64,000 nt of DNA, taken from contig CAJTLN010000002.1 of the NCBI GenBank assembly GCA_910577505.1, positions 22,230-86,229 on the forward strand, in the 5' to 3' direction. Numbering within the stretch: the first letter of the stretch is position 1; every line of letters begins with the position of its first letter. The translations under genes and the position numbers were made by a program. Below, piece by piece: positions 46,220-56,654 of this stretch. The notes under the pieces are model-generated. The model was not told the origin of the DNA, ran no database searches, and worked only from the letters and a program-made list of their open reading frames with translations. This stretch comes from an uncultured Bacilli bacterium (GTDB taxonomy: Bacteria > Bacillota_I > Bacilli_A > RF39 > UBA660).

Positions 46220-49120
46220 ATGTATATACCTATTGGTATTAAATCAGATTATTCATTATTAAAAAGTTTAATAAAAATACCTGATTTAATGAAATATTTA
46301 GTTAGTAAGAACATTACTGCAGCAGGAATACTTGATGATAATTTATTTAGTAGTATGTGTTTTTATAATAGTTGTATTAAGAATAATATAAAACCTATTA
46401 TAGGATTAGAAGTTAAAATAAGTATGGGAAGTATTTATTTGTATGCTAAAAATTATGAAGGCTATCAAAATTTACTTAAAATAAATACAATTATTCAAGA
46501 AAGAGAAATTAATTATATAGATTTAAAGAGTTATAAAAAAAATATTATTTGTGTTTTGCCTTATAAGAATAAAGATGTGTATGATGAAATAAAGAATATA
46601 TATGAAGATTTGTTTATCGGTTATGGCGATGAGTTTGAGCGTAAGAATGCTTTAATTATAAGCGAAAAAGTAGTTTATATTAATGTTGTCAGAACATTTA
46701 GCTTTCAAGATGTTAAATATTTAGGAATATTAAATGAAATTGATACTGGTGAATGTATTGATTTAGAAGTATATACTGATGCTTATTTAGATAGAGAAGT
46801 AAGTTTAGATGATGCTAAAACAGTAGAAGAATTTAGTAAATTAATAGATTTACATATTGATAATAGTAAGAAATATATTCCACATTTTGATGAAAATATT
46901 AAAGATTCTTATGGTTATCTTAGTTCATTATGTAAGAGAGGGTTAAATAAGAGACTTAATGGCAATGTAACTAAGGAATATGCTGATAGACTTATGATGG
47001 AACTTGATGTAATTAATAGAATGGGGTTTGTAGATTACTTCTTGATTGTTTATGATTATGTTAAATTTGCGAAAACTCATAATATATTAGTTGGAGCAGG
47101 CAGAGGTAGTGCTGCTGGTTCTTTAGTAAGTTACTCAATTGGTATTACAAATGTTGATCCGATAGAATACGATTTATTATTTGAAAGATTTTTAAATCCA
47201 GAACGTATTACTATGCCAGATATAGATATAGATTTTGAATATACAAAAAGAGATCAAGTTATTAATTATGTTAAAGATAGATATGGGCATAATAATGTAG
47301 CTAATATAATGACTTTTGGTACTTTAGGAGTTCGTCAAGTAATTAGAGATGTTGGTAAATGTTTAAATATTGAGACATCTTTAATAGATAAATTAAGTAA
47401 TTTATTAGATCCTAAGATGTCTTTAAAAGAGAATTTAGAGAATAAATATGTTAAAGAGTATGTAGGAGCTAATAGTGATTTACAAAAATTATATAAAGTA
47501 AGTTTTAAATTAGAAGGATTAAAAAGACATATTAGTACTCATGCTGCTGGTGTTGTTATATCTTCAGAACAATTAGATAATGTTATTCCAATTTGCTATA
47601 GTGGTGGAGAATTACTTACTGGTGTAACAATGGAGTACTTAGAAGATTTAGGATTATTAAAAATGGATTTTTTAGCTTTAAGAAATTTAACAATAATTCA
47701 AAATGTATTGGAATTAATTCAAGAAGAAACTGGGAATAAGATTAATTTGTCTGAAATACCTTTAGATGATAAAGAGACAATGGATATTTTTAAAAGAGTT
47801 GATACTGAAGGAGTATTTCAATATGAAAGTTCAGGGATGAAGAATTTTATTGCAAAAGTAAAACCAGATAACTTTAGTGATTTAGTTGCAATAATAGCTT
47901 TATTTAGACCTGGTCCAATGGGAAATATAGATACGTTTGTTAAAAGAAAAGAAGGAAAAGAAGAAGTAATATATCCAGATCCTTCTTTAGAAGAAATACT
48001 TAAAGATACATATGGAATTATGATTTATCAAGAACAGATAATGCAAGTACTTGTTAAAATGGGAAATTATACTTTTGCTGAGGCTGATAACATAAGAAGA
48101 GCTATGAGTAAAAAGAAACACGATGTAATGGAACATGAAAGAGAAGTATTTGTTAGTAGGTCAGAGAAGAATGGATATACAAAAGAAAAGGCTGAGGAAG
48201 TTTATGACTTAATTATTAAGTTTGCTAATTATGGATTCAATAAAGCACATTCAGTTGCCTATGCTTTGATAGGTTATCAAATGGCATGGCTTAAAGCGCA
48301 TTATCCAGTTTATTTTATTGCAAACTTACTTAATATGAGTATTGGTAGTGATATTAAAACTAAAGAATATTTAGATGAAGCTAAGAAAAAAAATATATTG
48401 ATATTTAAGCCTAGTATTAATGTTAGTATGGATTATTATGTAATAAAAAATAATGCTTTACTATTACCATTAAATGCAATACATAATGTTGGGGGAGCTG
48501 CAGTTAGTGATATAATAACTGAAAGACGAGAGAATGGCAGATTTACAGATTTTTTCAATTTTGTTGCTAGAACATATGGAAAGAGTGTTAATAAAAAAAC
48601 AATTGAATCATTAATTGATGCAGATTGTTTTAGAGATTTTAATATTAATCATAAGTCTTTAATTAATACAATAGATAGTGCTTTAGATTATGCGGTTCTT
48701 TGCAGTGACTTAGATGAATCTTTAGTTATGAAACCAAATTATGAAATAGATAATGAATATAGTGATTCTCTATTAATGAGTAGAGAACTTAATACGTTTG
48801 GGTATTTTGTTACTAATCATCCAGCATCTAAATATATAGATGGAATTATGAAAATTAAAGATATAAAGAAATTTTTTGATAAATATGTCAATTGTGTTGT
48901 TATAATAAATAGCATTAGGAAAATTAAAACAAAAAAAGCAGAAGATATGGGATTTATTTCAGGCAGTGATGAAACTGATTCATGTGATTTTATAATATTT
49001 CCCAAAAATAATAGATATCTTACGGAATTAAAAAAAGATGATTTAGTTAATATAAGAGGACAAGTTACAAGGAGAATAGATAAATATCAGATTGTAGTAA
49101 CGAGTATAGAAAAATTATAG
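46220..49120 (+). CDS. dnaE: DNA polymerase III alpha subunit, DnaE type
   Basis: PHP N-terminus (YIPIGIKSDYSLL), GRGSAAGSLVSYSIGIT, PDIDIDF, FRPGPM, FNKAHS, and a C-terminal OB fold. The start could be 46208, 46214 or 46220; 46220 is best spaced from AAGGGTGG. Confidence 0.95.
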   Translation: MYIPIGIKSDYSLLKSLIKIPDLMKYLVSKNITAAGILDDNLFSSMCFYNSCIKNNIKPIIGLEVKISMGSIYLYAKNYEGYQNLLKINTIIQEREINYIDLKSYKKNIICVLPYKNKDVYDEIKNIYEDLFIGYGDEFERKNALIISEKVVYINVVRTFSFQDVKYLGILNEIDTGECIDLEVYTDAYLDREVSLDDAKTVEEFSKLIDLHIDNSKKYIPHFDENIKDSYGYLSSLCKRGLNKRLNGNVTKEYADRLMMELDVINRMGFVDYFLIVYDYVKFAKTHNILVGAGRGSAAGSLVSYSIGITNVDPIEYDLLFERFLNPERITMPDIDIDFEYTKRDQVINYVKDRYGHNNVANIMTFGTLGVRQVIRDVGKCLNIETSLIDKLSNLLDPKMSLKENLENKYVKEYVGANSDLQKLYKVSFKLEGLKRHISTHAAGVVISSEQLDNVIPICYSGGELLTGVTMEYLEDLGLLKMDFLALRNLTIIQNVLELIQEETGNKINLSEIPLDDKETMDIFKRVDTEGVFQYESSGMKNFIAKVKPDNFSDLVAIIALFRPGPMGNIDTFVKRKEGKEEVIYPDPSLEEILKDTYGIMIYQEQIMQVLVKMGNYTFAEADNIRRAMSKKKHDVMEHEREVFVSRSEKNGYTKEKAEEVYDLIIKFANYGFNKAHSVAYALIGYQMAWLKAHYPVYFIANLLNMSIGSDIKTKEYLDEAKKKNILIFKPSINVSMDYYVIKNNALLLPLNAIHNVGGAAVSDIITERRENGRFTDFFNFVARTYGKSVNKKTIESLIDADCFRDFNINHKSLINTIDSALDYAVLCSDLDESLVMKPNYEIDNEYSDSLLMSRELNTFGYFVTNHPASKYIDGIMKIKDIKKFFDKYVNCVVIINSIRKIKTKKAEDMGFISGSDETDSCDFIIFPKNNRYLTELKKDDLVNIRGQVTRRIDKYQIVVTSIEKL

Positions 49121-49132
49121 GAGGTTTGTAGT

Positions 49133-52100
49133 ATGCAGGAGAATTTACTTAAGTTTTTAAATAGTGTTGGATATGAAGATATAAATGGAGATTTTATTGA
49201 CGCATATATTTCAAGAGTTGTTTTAAAAAAGAAAGAAGAAGTCTTTGAAGTATTTATTGAAAATGAAAGACCCATTAATCCTGTTGCTACTTTAGAATTA
49301 AATAAATGTGCTAAAAAAGGAATTAATGGTAAAAGTAAATGTCACATTAATTATATTTATGATGATATGGATGATGAAGATATACTAGAAGCTTTTAAAG
49401 TATTATTGGGGGATTTAATTACTAAAAGACCTTCTTTAGTTTCATTAGAAAATAAAAATATTACTATTGATGATGATTTTATAATTATTGAACTTGATAG
49501 TAAGAGTGAAGAATATGATATGATTCAAAAAGAGATTAGAGGCTTAGGAGACGAGTTAGTTGAACTAGGATTCTATGAAATGGAAATTACGACAGCTATT
49601 AATAAAGATAATGAACGTAAAATTCAAGAAGAGATAGAAGAATTACGTAATAGAAAGATTGAAATAGATTATGTTCCAGAACCAGAATTTAATAATGGAG
49701 GAAATGGTTATAGTAAAGGTGGATGGACACCTAAGAAAAAGGTAGAATATTCTCGTGAAGGATTAGTTACTATTGAAAGTATTGATCAAGAAGAAAATAA
49801 TGTTCATTTAGAAGCTTATATATTTGGAGCAGAGTTTAATCAATTAAAAACTAAAGATGGAAGAGACTTATTTTTAATTACTTTAAAGATAAGTGATAAT
49901 ACATCAAGTATTTTAGCTAAGTGTTTTGCGAAGGATGAAGAAGATTTTATAGCTAAGAGTAAGGAGCTTAAAAATGGGACTTGGTGGAGCTTTAAAGGAC
50001 AAGTTAGGTATGATAATTTTGCTGATGACTTAGTGTTTAATTTTAGAAGTTATGAAGCGTTAGAAAATACACCAACATTTAAAAGATTAGATAATGAATC
50101 AGAAAAGAGAGTAGAATTACATTCTCATACAATGATGAGTCAGATGGATGGTGTTTGTGACGAGGTAAAATTAGTTAAGCAAGCGATGGAATGGGGACAT
50201 AGTGGTATCGCTATAACAGATCACGATTGTTGTCAGTCATTTCCGCATGTTTTTGGAGAAGTAACTTCATATAATAAAGGTTTAAAGAAGAAAGCACAAG
50301 CGAAGATAGATGATTTAAAGAAGAGTTTAGAAGAAATAAAAGAAACAGGCAATGAGACAGGTATTGCTGAAATGGAAAAAATGATTGCTCAAGCTGAAGA
50401 AGAAAAGAAAAATTTAAAATTCTTTAAGGCTGGTTATGGAGCAGAAATTGAAATGTGCGAGTCTTTTTTGAATGTTTGTTTTAATGCAACAGATGAACTT
50501 ATAGAAGGGAATACTTTTGTTGTATTCGATACAGAAACAACAGGTTTTAATCCGGGACTTGGGGACTCAATGATTGAAGTTGGTGGAGTTAAGATTCATA
50601 ATGGTGAAGTAGTAGATCGTTTTGATGAATTAATTAATCCAGGACATCATATTGATGAACAAATTACAAGAGTTACAGATATCTCTGATGATGATGTTAA
50701 AGACGCTGACAATGAAGAGAATGTTGTTAGGAGATTTAAAGAATGGATTGGGAATTTACCATTAGTTGCACATAATGCACGATTTGATAAGAATATGCTT
50801 GATATGGCTTATTATAAGTATGATTTAGGTAAGTTAGAAAATCCTATTATAGATACTTTAATGTTATCAAGAGTTATAAATAGAGATTTAAAGAGACATA
50901 GTTTAGCAGCTTTAGGTAAGTTCTATGGAATAGATACTGGTGAAGCAGATGAAGATGAGGAGAATGTTTCAGAATCTGGAGTTACTGGAGTAATAATTGA
51001 TCCTGATGTAGGAGAAGCATTTACTAGTATTTTAGTAGATGGAGAAGAAGTATTAAATATTGAGAAACAGGAATATTATGATATCGATATTAGTACAGAA
51101 GAAAGAGTTAAGAAATATAGAAATGTATATCATTTAGCAACATTACATAAAGCTTCTAAGACTGAAGAAGTACATGTAGAAGTAAAGACTAAAGATGGTG
51201 TTGAACTAATTGATTTTGAACCAAATATTAAGTTACATCCAGCTGAAAATGATATAGAAATTAAATTTACTGATGATTTTGGAGAAAAAGCTATTACGGT
51301 AGTTGTTTATGTTGGGCAACACCATGGTGCCGATGTCGACTCTGAAAATACTGGTTATATATTTAATAAGATGTTAAGTCAAATTAAAGGAATAGAAAAA
51401 TTAAGTGATTTAAATAATTTAGGATTACTAGAAGAAACTAGTTTTAGAAATAATCCAAAGTTACTTGATCATATTGGTGATTTAAGTACATTAAAGAACT
51501 ATATTATTAAACCTTTGGAAGGTGAAGAAGTACCAGAAGAACAGGGATATCCATTTGAAAAATATGGCAATATGGAATATAGATGGAAATTTCCTTGGTG
51601 TCATGAAGATTTTTTACAAATGTATGAAAATATTCCTGGGAAGACTTATACAGAACATATTGCTAATATGTATGATAATAGTAAACATATTACTTTTATA
51701 GCTAAAAATAAAGTTGGATTAAAGAATTTATTTAGAATCGTAAGTTTTGCTAATACTAACTTTATTCAAAGAAATGCTAGATTGCCTCGTAAGTTAATTG
51801 AAGAAAATAGAGAAGGTTTATTAGTAGGTAGTGCGTGTTTAAATGGTGAGATATTCTATTTAGCTGAAACACGTAGTGAGGAAGACTTAATGGAAGCGAT
51901 GAAATTTTATGATTACATAGAAGTTCAGCCACCTGAAAATTACTCACATTTGTTACGTGGTCATGATATTAATAATATTGATCATTTACATTATTGTTTG
52001 AAAAAGATAATTAGATGTGCGAAAAAGTTAGATAAGTTAATTGTTGCTACAGGAGATGTTCATAACATAAATCGTGAAGATAGATTATATCGTGAGATTA

Positions 52101-54949
52101 TAGTTAATCAAAATGTCCCAGGTAAAGGAAGACATCCGCTAGCTCGTTATTTAAATGGTAGTAATAAACGTAATACTAATAATGATAATATTAAGAATGT
52201 AATAGATAAGTGTGCTTCACAGGGAGTTGTTCTTGATACAGTAGAACAAAAAGTATTAAAGTATATTTATATTTTAACTAAAATTAAGAGAATACCAATT
52301 ACTGCACTTAATATAGCTTCAATATATGCACCTAGTAAAAAGGATACATCAGAGGATGCATTTAAAGGTAAAGATGGTGAAGGTGAAAAATTAAAGGCAG
52401 TTTCTTCAGCATTAAGAAAACTTACTGTTGCTGGTATAGTTAAAGAGTCTGAAAATGTTTATTCGTTGACAGGAAATTATAATGATTCAGAAACTGCGAC
52501 ATCAGGTCATATTCCTAATCAATTTTTTAGAACAACTAAAGAGATGTTAGATGAATTTGCATTCTTAGATGATTCTGAATTAATTAAAGAGATAGTTATT
52601 ACTAATCCTAATAAGATTATTGATATGTTAGAAGAGATTGAAGTAGTAGTTTATCCTGATAAACCATATTCACCAATAATTGAGCATTCACAAGAAACTT
52701 GTCGTGACTTGGTATTTAATAAAGCTCATAGTATGTATGGTGATCCATTACCTCCCAATATAGAAGAACGTATTGCCCAAGAGTTTTATGGGGATAAGAT
52801 AACTGACTTGATTAGAGAGAAACTTGATATAGATCATCCAGAAATGAGTGAAGAAGAGAAAGATAAAATATTTATTCCAACTGTTCATGAAGTAATTATG
52901 AGTGGTTATGATGGAGTAGTTGCATTAAAGAAAGATCAAGTTAAGAGAAATTCCGAAGAAGAATTGACTGATGAGCAAGCAGAAGAGATGGCAAAAGCAC
53001 AATTAACTGGTATTATTGGCGGAGGATTCGATGTTATTTATCTTATTGCGCAAAAGTTAGTTAAACACTCAAATGATGATGGTTATTTAGTTGGATCCCG
53101 TGGTTCAGTTGGTTCTTCATTTGTTGCAAGTATGATGGGAATTACAGAATGTAATGGCTTACCTGCACATTATTATTGTCCTAAATGTTGTTATAGTGAA
53201 TTTAAGGATGAAAATGGTGTAAGCTACGCTGAGAATTATCCATCTGGTTTTGATTTACCAGCGAAGGAATGCCCAAAATGTGGAGCATCAATGATTCATG
53301 AAGGTAACGACATGCCATTTGCTACATTCTTAGGATTTGCAGGAGAAAAAGTTCCAGATATCGATCTTAACTTCTCAGGAGATAACCAAGCATCTGCGCA
53401 TGAATATACGAAGGTGTTATTTGGTACAGATAATGTATATCGTGCAGGAACTATTGGTACTGTTGCTGATAAGACAGCTTATGGATATGTACAAGGTTTT
53501 TATGAAGAAAGATTATATGATATTTTAAAAATAGAAGCTCAAAGTTATGGGTTATCTGTAATAGGTAAAGATGATTTAAAGAAAAAAGGAGTTATTAAAT
53601 CAGGTATTAGAACACCAGAAATAGAACGTATATCTGTTGGATGTACAGGAGTTAAAAGAACAACAGGTCAACATCCAGGTGGAATTGTTGTTGTACCAGG
53701 ATATAAAGATATTTGGGATTTTACACCATTTCAATATCCAGCAGATGATCCAACTAGTGCATGGAGAACAACTCACTTTGATTACCATGCTATTGATGCT
53801 GACTTACTTAAACTAGATATACTAGGACACGATGATCCAACAGTATTACGTATGTTACAAGAGTTAGCTTCAAAATATATAACTAATGGTGAGTATTTTG
53901 ATGTAACTAAGATTGATTTAGGAGACTTGGATACAATGAAAATATTTACTGGTCCAGAAATACTTGGAGTAGATAGATATAAGTTACGTGGGTCGACTGA
54001 TAAAGATGGACGCAAATATTGTCCAACTGGAACTTTAGGGGTTCCTGAGTTTGGTACATCATTTTTACTTGGAATGCTTGAAGAAACTAAACCAACTACA
54101 TTTGCTGAGTTAATTAAAATATCTGGTTTATCACATGGTACTGATGTATGGTTAGGCAATGCAAGAGATTTATGTACACCGGATGAGACTGGAACAATTC
54201 AAGTACCATTTAAAAATGTTATCGGTTGTCGTGACGATATTATGGTTAATTTAATTCAATGGGGAATGAAACCGGCAAAAGCATTTAAAATAATGGAGTT
54301 TGTTCGTAAAGGAAAAGCAAGCAAAGATCCAGCAACTTGGGCACAACATGCTGAAACAATGAAAGAAGCTAATATACCTGAGTGGTATATAGAATCTTGT
54401 CGTAAGATAAAGTACATGTTTCCTAAGGCACATGCAACAGCTTATGTAACAAGTGCTTTCCGTATTGCATGGTTTAAGGTACATCATCCAATTTTATATT
54501 ATTGTGCATACTTGTCAATTCGACGTGATCAATTTGATATTGAATCAATGATAAAAGGTGCTGATGCCTTAAGAGCAAAAATTGATGAAATTGATGCTAA
54601 GGGGAATTCAGCAAGTAATAAAGAAGTAGATACAAGAGATACTTTATGCTTATGCTTAGAGATGTGTGAAAGAGGATTCTATTTTAAAAATATTGATGTT
54701 GATAAAAGTGATGGTAAAAAATTTATTATTACAGAAGATGAAAAAGGTTTAATTATACCATTTAGAGCATTAGATGGTTTGGGAGATAACGTTGCTGAAG
54801 CAATTGTTAAAGCTCGTCAAGGAGGACCTTTTATCTCAATGGAAGATTTAAGAAATAGAGGAAAAGTAAATACTAGTGCAATGGAAAAACTAAAAGCATT
54901 GGGTTGTTTAGATAATATGTCAGAAAGTAATCAATTAAGTTTATTTTAA
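49133..54949 (+). CDS. polC: DNA polymerase III PolC type, unusually long (1,938 aa) with multiple internal insertions
   Basis: AGGAGG SD. PHP (ELHSHTMMSQMDG, ITDHD); DEDDh exonuclease (VVFDTETTG, VAHNARFDKNML, HHGADVDSE); zinc module CPKC/CPKC; PDIDLNF, GVKRTTGQHPGG, KLDILGHDDPT, GVPEFGT, GTDVWLGNA and MFPKAHA. Confidence 0.97.
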   Translation: MQENLLKFLNSVGYEDINGDFIDAYISRVVLKKKEEVFEVFIENERPINPVATLELNKCAKKGINGKSKCHINYIYDDMDDEDILEAFKVLLGDLITKRPSLVSLENKNITIDDDFIIIELDSKSEEYDMIQKEIRGLGDELVELGFYEMEITTAINKDNERKIQEEIEELRNRKIEIDYVPEPEFNNGGNGYSKGGWTPKKKVEYSREGLVTIESIDQEENNVHLEAYIFGAEFNQLKTKDGRDLFLITLKISDNTSSILAKCFAKDEEDFIAKSKELKNGTWWSFKGQVRYDNFADDLVFNFRSYEALENTPTFKRLDNESEKRVELHSHTMMSQMDGVCDEVKLVKQAMEWGHSGIAITDHDCCQSFPHVFGEVTSYNKGLKKKAQAKIDDLKKSLEEIKETGNETGIAEMEKMIAQAEEEKKNLKFFKAGYGAEIEMCESFLNVCFNATDELIEGNTFVVFDTETTGFNPGLGDSMIEVGGVKIHNGEVVDRFDELINPGHHIDEQITRVTDISDDDVKDADNEENVVRRFKEWIGNLPLVAHNARFDKNMLDMAYYKYDLGKLENPIIDTLMLSRVINRDLKRHSLAALGKFYGIDTGEADEDEENVSESGVTGVIIDPDVGEAFTSILVDGEEVLNIEKQEYYDIDISTEERVKKYRNVYHLATLHKASKTEEVHVEVKTKDGVELIDFEPNIKLHPAENDIEIKFTDDFGEKAITVVVYVGQHHGADVDSENTGYIFNKMLSQIKGIEKLSDLNNLGLLEETSFRNNPKLLDHIGDLSTLKNYIIKPLEGEEVPEEQGYPFEKYGNMEYRWKFPWCHEDFLQMYENIPGKTYTEHIANMYDNSKHITFIAKNKVGLKNLFRIVSFANTNFIQRNARLPRKLIEENREGLLVGSACLNGEIFYLAETRSEEDLMEAMKFYDYIEVQPPENYSHLLRGHDINNIDHLHYCLKKIIRCAKKLDKLIVATGDVHNINREDRLYREIIVNQNVPGKGRHPLARYLNGSNKRNTNNDNIKNVIDKCASQGVVLDTVEQKVLKYIYILTKIKRIPITALNIASIYAPSKKDTSEDAFKGKDGEGEKLKAVSSALRKLTVAGIVKESENVYSLTGNYNDSETATSGHIPNQFFRTTKEMLDEFAFLDDSELIKEIVITNPNKIIDMLEEIEVVVYPDKPYSPIIEHSQETCRDLVFNKAHSMYGDPLPPNIEERIAQEFYGDKITDLIREKLDIDHPEMSEEEKDKIFIPTVHEVIMSGYDGVVALKKDQVKRNSEEELTDEQAEEMAKAQLTGIIGGGFDVIYLIAQKLVKHSNDDGYLVGSRGSVGSSFVASMMGITECNGLPAHYYCPKCCYSEFKDENGVSYAENYPSGFDLPAKECPKCGASMIHEGNDMPFATFLGFAGEKVPDIDLNFSGDNQASAHEYTKVLFGTDNVYRAGTIGTVADKTAYGYVQGFYEERLYDILKIEAQSYGLSVIGKDDLKKKGVIKSGIRTPEIERISVGCTGVKRTTGQHPGGIVVVPGYKDIWDFTPFQYPADDPTSAWRTTHFDYHAIDADLLKLDILGHDDPTVLRMLQELASKYITNGEYFDVTKIDLGDLDTMKIFTGPEILGVDRYKLRGSTDKDGRKYCPTGTLGVPEFGTSFLLGMLEETKPTTFAELIKISGLSHGTDVWLGNARDLCTPDETGTIQVPFKNVIGCRDDIMVNLIQWGMKPAKAFKIMEFVRKGKASKDPATWAQHAETMKEANIPEWYIESCRKIKYMFPKAHATAYVTSAFRIAWFKVHHPILYYCAYLSIRRDQFDIESMIKGADALRAKIDEIDAKGNSASNKEVDTRDTLCLCLEMCERGFYFKNIDVDKSDGKKFIITEDEKGLIIPFRALDGLGDNVAEAIVKARQGGPFISMEDLRNRGKVNTSAMEKLKALGCLDNMSESNQLSLF

Positions 54950-54964
54950 TTGATTACTTTTTTT
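54925..54964 (+). terminator. Rho-independent terminator of polC
   Basis: Perfect 14-bp stem AAGTAATCAATTAA/TTAATTGATTACTT, 7-nt loop, then a T-run. The polC stop codon lies in the 3' arm. Confidence 0.85.
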
Positions 54965-54985
54965 ATGCAAAATAAAAAAGGTTAA

Positions 54986-55780
54986 TTATTTAACCTTTTC
55001 AATACTTTTGAAAATATAATTTCCATTATCTGTCTGTGTTAATGTAATAGTATATTTAGTAAATTCATTAATTTTATCTTCTGGGAATTTTTCTGAATTC
55101 TCTGCAACTATATTTTCACCTTTACTATCTTTTGCAAAAGTTCTAGTATTACCAGTTTTATAAGTATAAGCAACTGCTATAGTAGTCTTAATATCTTTTT
55201 CTTTTTTAGTAGTTTTAACGAACTTATAATCAATTCCGTATTCTGGTGATGAAAGATCAGTTACATCATTACGTTTTACTATGTATAAATCATATTCATA
55301 TATATAAATGAAATCATATAAGTATTCAAATTCATTAATAGAGCTTTCTTCATTTAATTCAATACCAAATAGTTCTTTAGCTGCTTGCTTAATACCTTCT
55401 GCATTATAGAATAAGCATTCGCTAACATCTCCATATTTTTTACTACGATTAATTTCATTAATAACACCATTTGCAACATTAATATTAAGACCATTGCTTG
55501 TAGCATATTTCATTGAAGTATTAAAGATATTGTTTAAATTAAGGTCACTAACTGTGATTTTATCTTTTGCATATAACTTTTCACGTCCCATGTAGTTTGT
55601 TGATGAACCATAAGTTAAATTTCCAAAATATGTTGTTACTAATTCTTCAACTTTCTTTGTCTCTTCCTCAGAAGGCTTTTTTTCTCCAAAAAATTGTTTA
55701 GAACCAAATATGACAGCTAATGCTATAACGGCAATAATGGCAATAAATACTAAAAGTTTTTTAATGTCTAGATTTTTCAT
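54986..55780 (-). CDS. Hypothetical signal-anchored protein (264 aa)
   Basis: N-terminal TM helix LLVFIAIIAVIALAVIF and AGAGGT SD; no recognisable domain. Confidence 0.7.
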   Translation of the reverse strand: MKNLDIKKLLVFIAIIAVIALAVIFGSKQFFGEKKPSEEETKKVEELVTTYFGNLTYGSSTNYMGREKLYAKDKITVSDLNLNNIFNTSMKYATSNGLNINVANGVINEINRSKKYGDVSECLFYNAEGIKQAAKELFGIELNEESSINEFEYLYDFIYIYEYDLYIVKRNDVTDLSSPEYGIDYKFVKTTKKEKDIKTTIAVAYTYKTGNTRTFAKDSKGENIVAENSEKFPEDKINEFTKYTITLTQTDNGNYIFKSIEKVK

Positions 55781-55906
55781 TTATTCTTTACCTCTTTCCT
55801 ATTATAAATAATAGCATATTATTTTAAAATAATCTATAATTTTAAAGATATATTATGATAAAAGAATTGTATTTGTTGTATAATTTTATTACATGGAGGA
55901 GATATA

Positions 55907-56587
55907 ATGATAAAAGGTAAAGCGGTTATAGGAATACTAGCGACTAGTAACTATATGGTTACTAATGATACATTTCAAGATACATATAGATATGGAAATA
56001 ATTATGCTAAGAAAATAGTAGAATGTGGAGGAATACCATATTTTATTCCTTTAGAGGATGAAAAAATTATACCTGATACTTTAGAAATTTGTGATGGTTT
56101 ATTGCTTCCTGGTGGAAGTAGAGTAAGACCTGTTAATTTTGAAATAATAGATTATTTTTATAAAAATAATAAACCAATATTAGGTATTTGTTTAGGTATG
56201 CAGACATTGGCTATGTATTCAGTTAATATAGAAAATGATGAGAATTTAAGAATAATTAAACAAATTGATAATGGAGTTGATCATTGGCCAGTTGAGCTAC
56301 TTAGAGATAATAATGATACTGTAGTTCATAAAGATGTTATTAAGAAAGATACTAAACTATATGATATTTTTAAACAAGGAGAAATAGTGGTTAATAGTGT
56401 ACATAAAAATACTATTACTGAAGTAGGATCTAAATTTAGAGTAAGTATTGAATCGGAAGATGGACTTATTGAAGGAATAGAGTATATTGATAATGATAAA
56501 TTTATTATAGGTGTTCAGTTTCATCCAGAGATATTGTCACAATTTAAATGTGTATTTGATAAATTTATTTTGGAGTGCCAGAAGTAA
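55907..56587 (+). CDS. Class I glutamine amidotransferase / gamma-glutamyl hydrolase (peptidase C26) family protein
   Basis: Nucleophile elbow ILGICLGMQTL and GVQFHPE. Confidence 0.85.
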   Translation: MIKGKAVIGILATSNYMVTNDTFQDTYRYGNNYAKKIVECGGIPYFIPLEDEKIIPDTLEICDGLLLPGGSRVRPVNFEIIDYFYKNNKPILGICLGMQTLAMYSVNIENDENLRIIKQIDNGVDHWPVELLRDNNDTVVHKDVIKKDTKLYDIFKQGEIVVNSVHKNTITEVGSKFRVSIESEDGLIEGIEYIDNDKFIIGVQFHPEILSQFKCVFDKFILECQK

Positions 56588-56654
56588 TCCTGTATCTTTG
56601 ACAATATAGATTATTAGATATATAATATCTTCCTATAAAAAGGGGGAAGATATT

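Noticed and set aside
50935-52513. Possibility that the PolC insertions are inteins or homing-endonuclease elements.
   Set aside because: I saw no intein splice-junction signatures (Cys/Ser/Thr at the N-junction, and a terminal His-Asn followed by Cys/Ser/Thr). I also saw no LAGLIDADG, HNH or GIY-YIG motifs. The inserts are short (50-130 aa) and sit at several sites.
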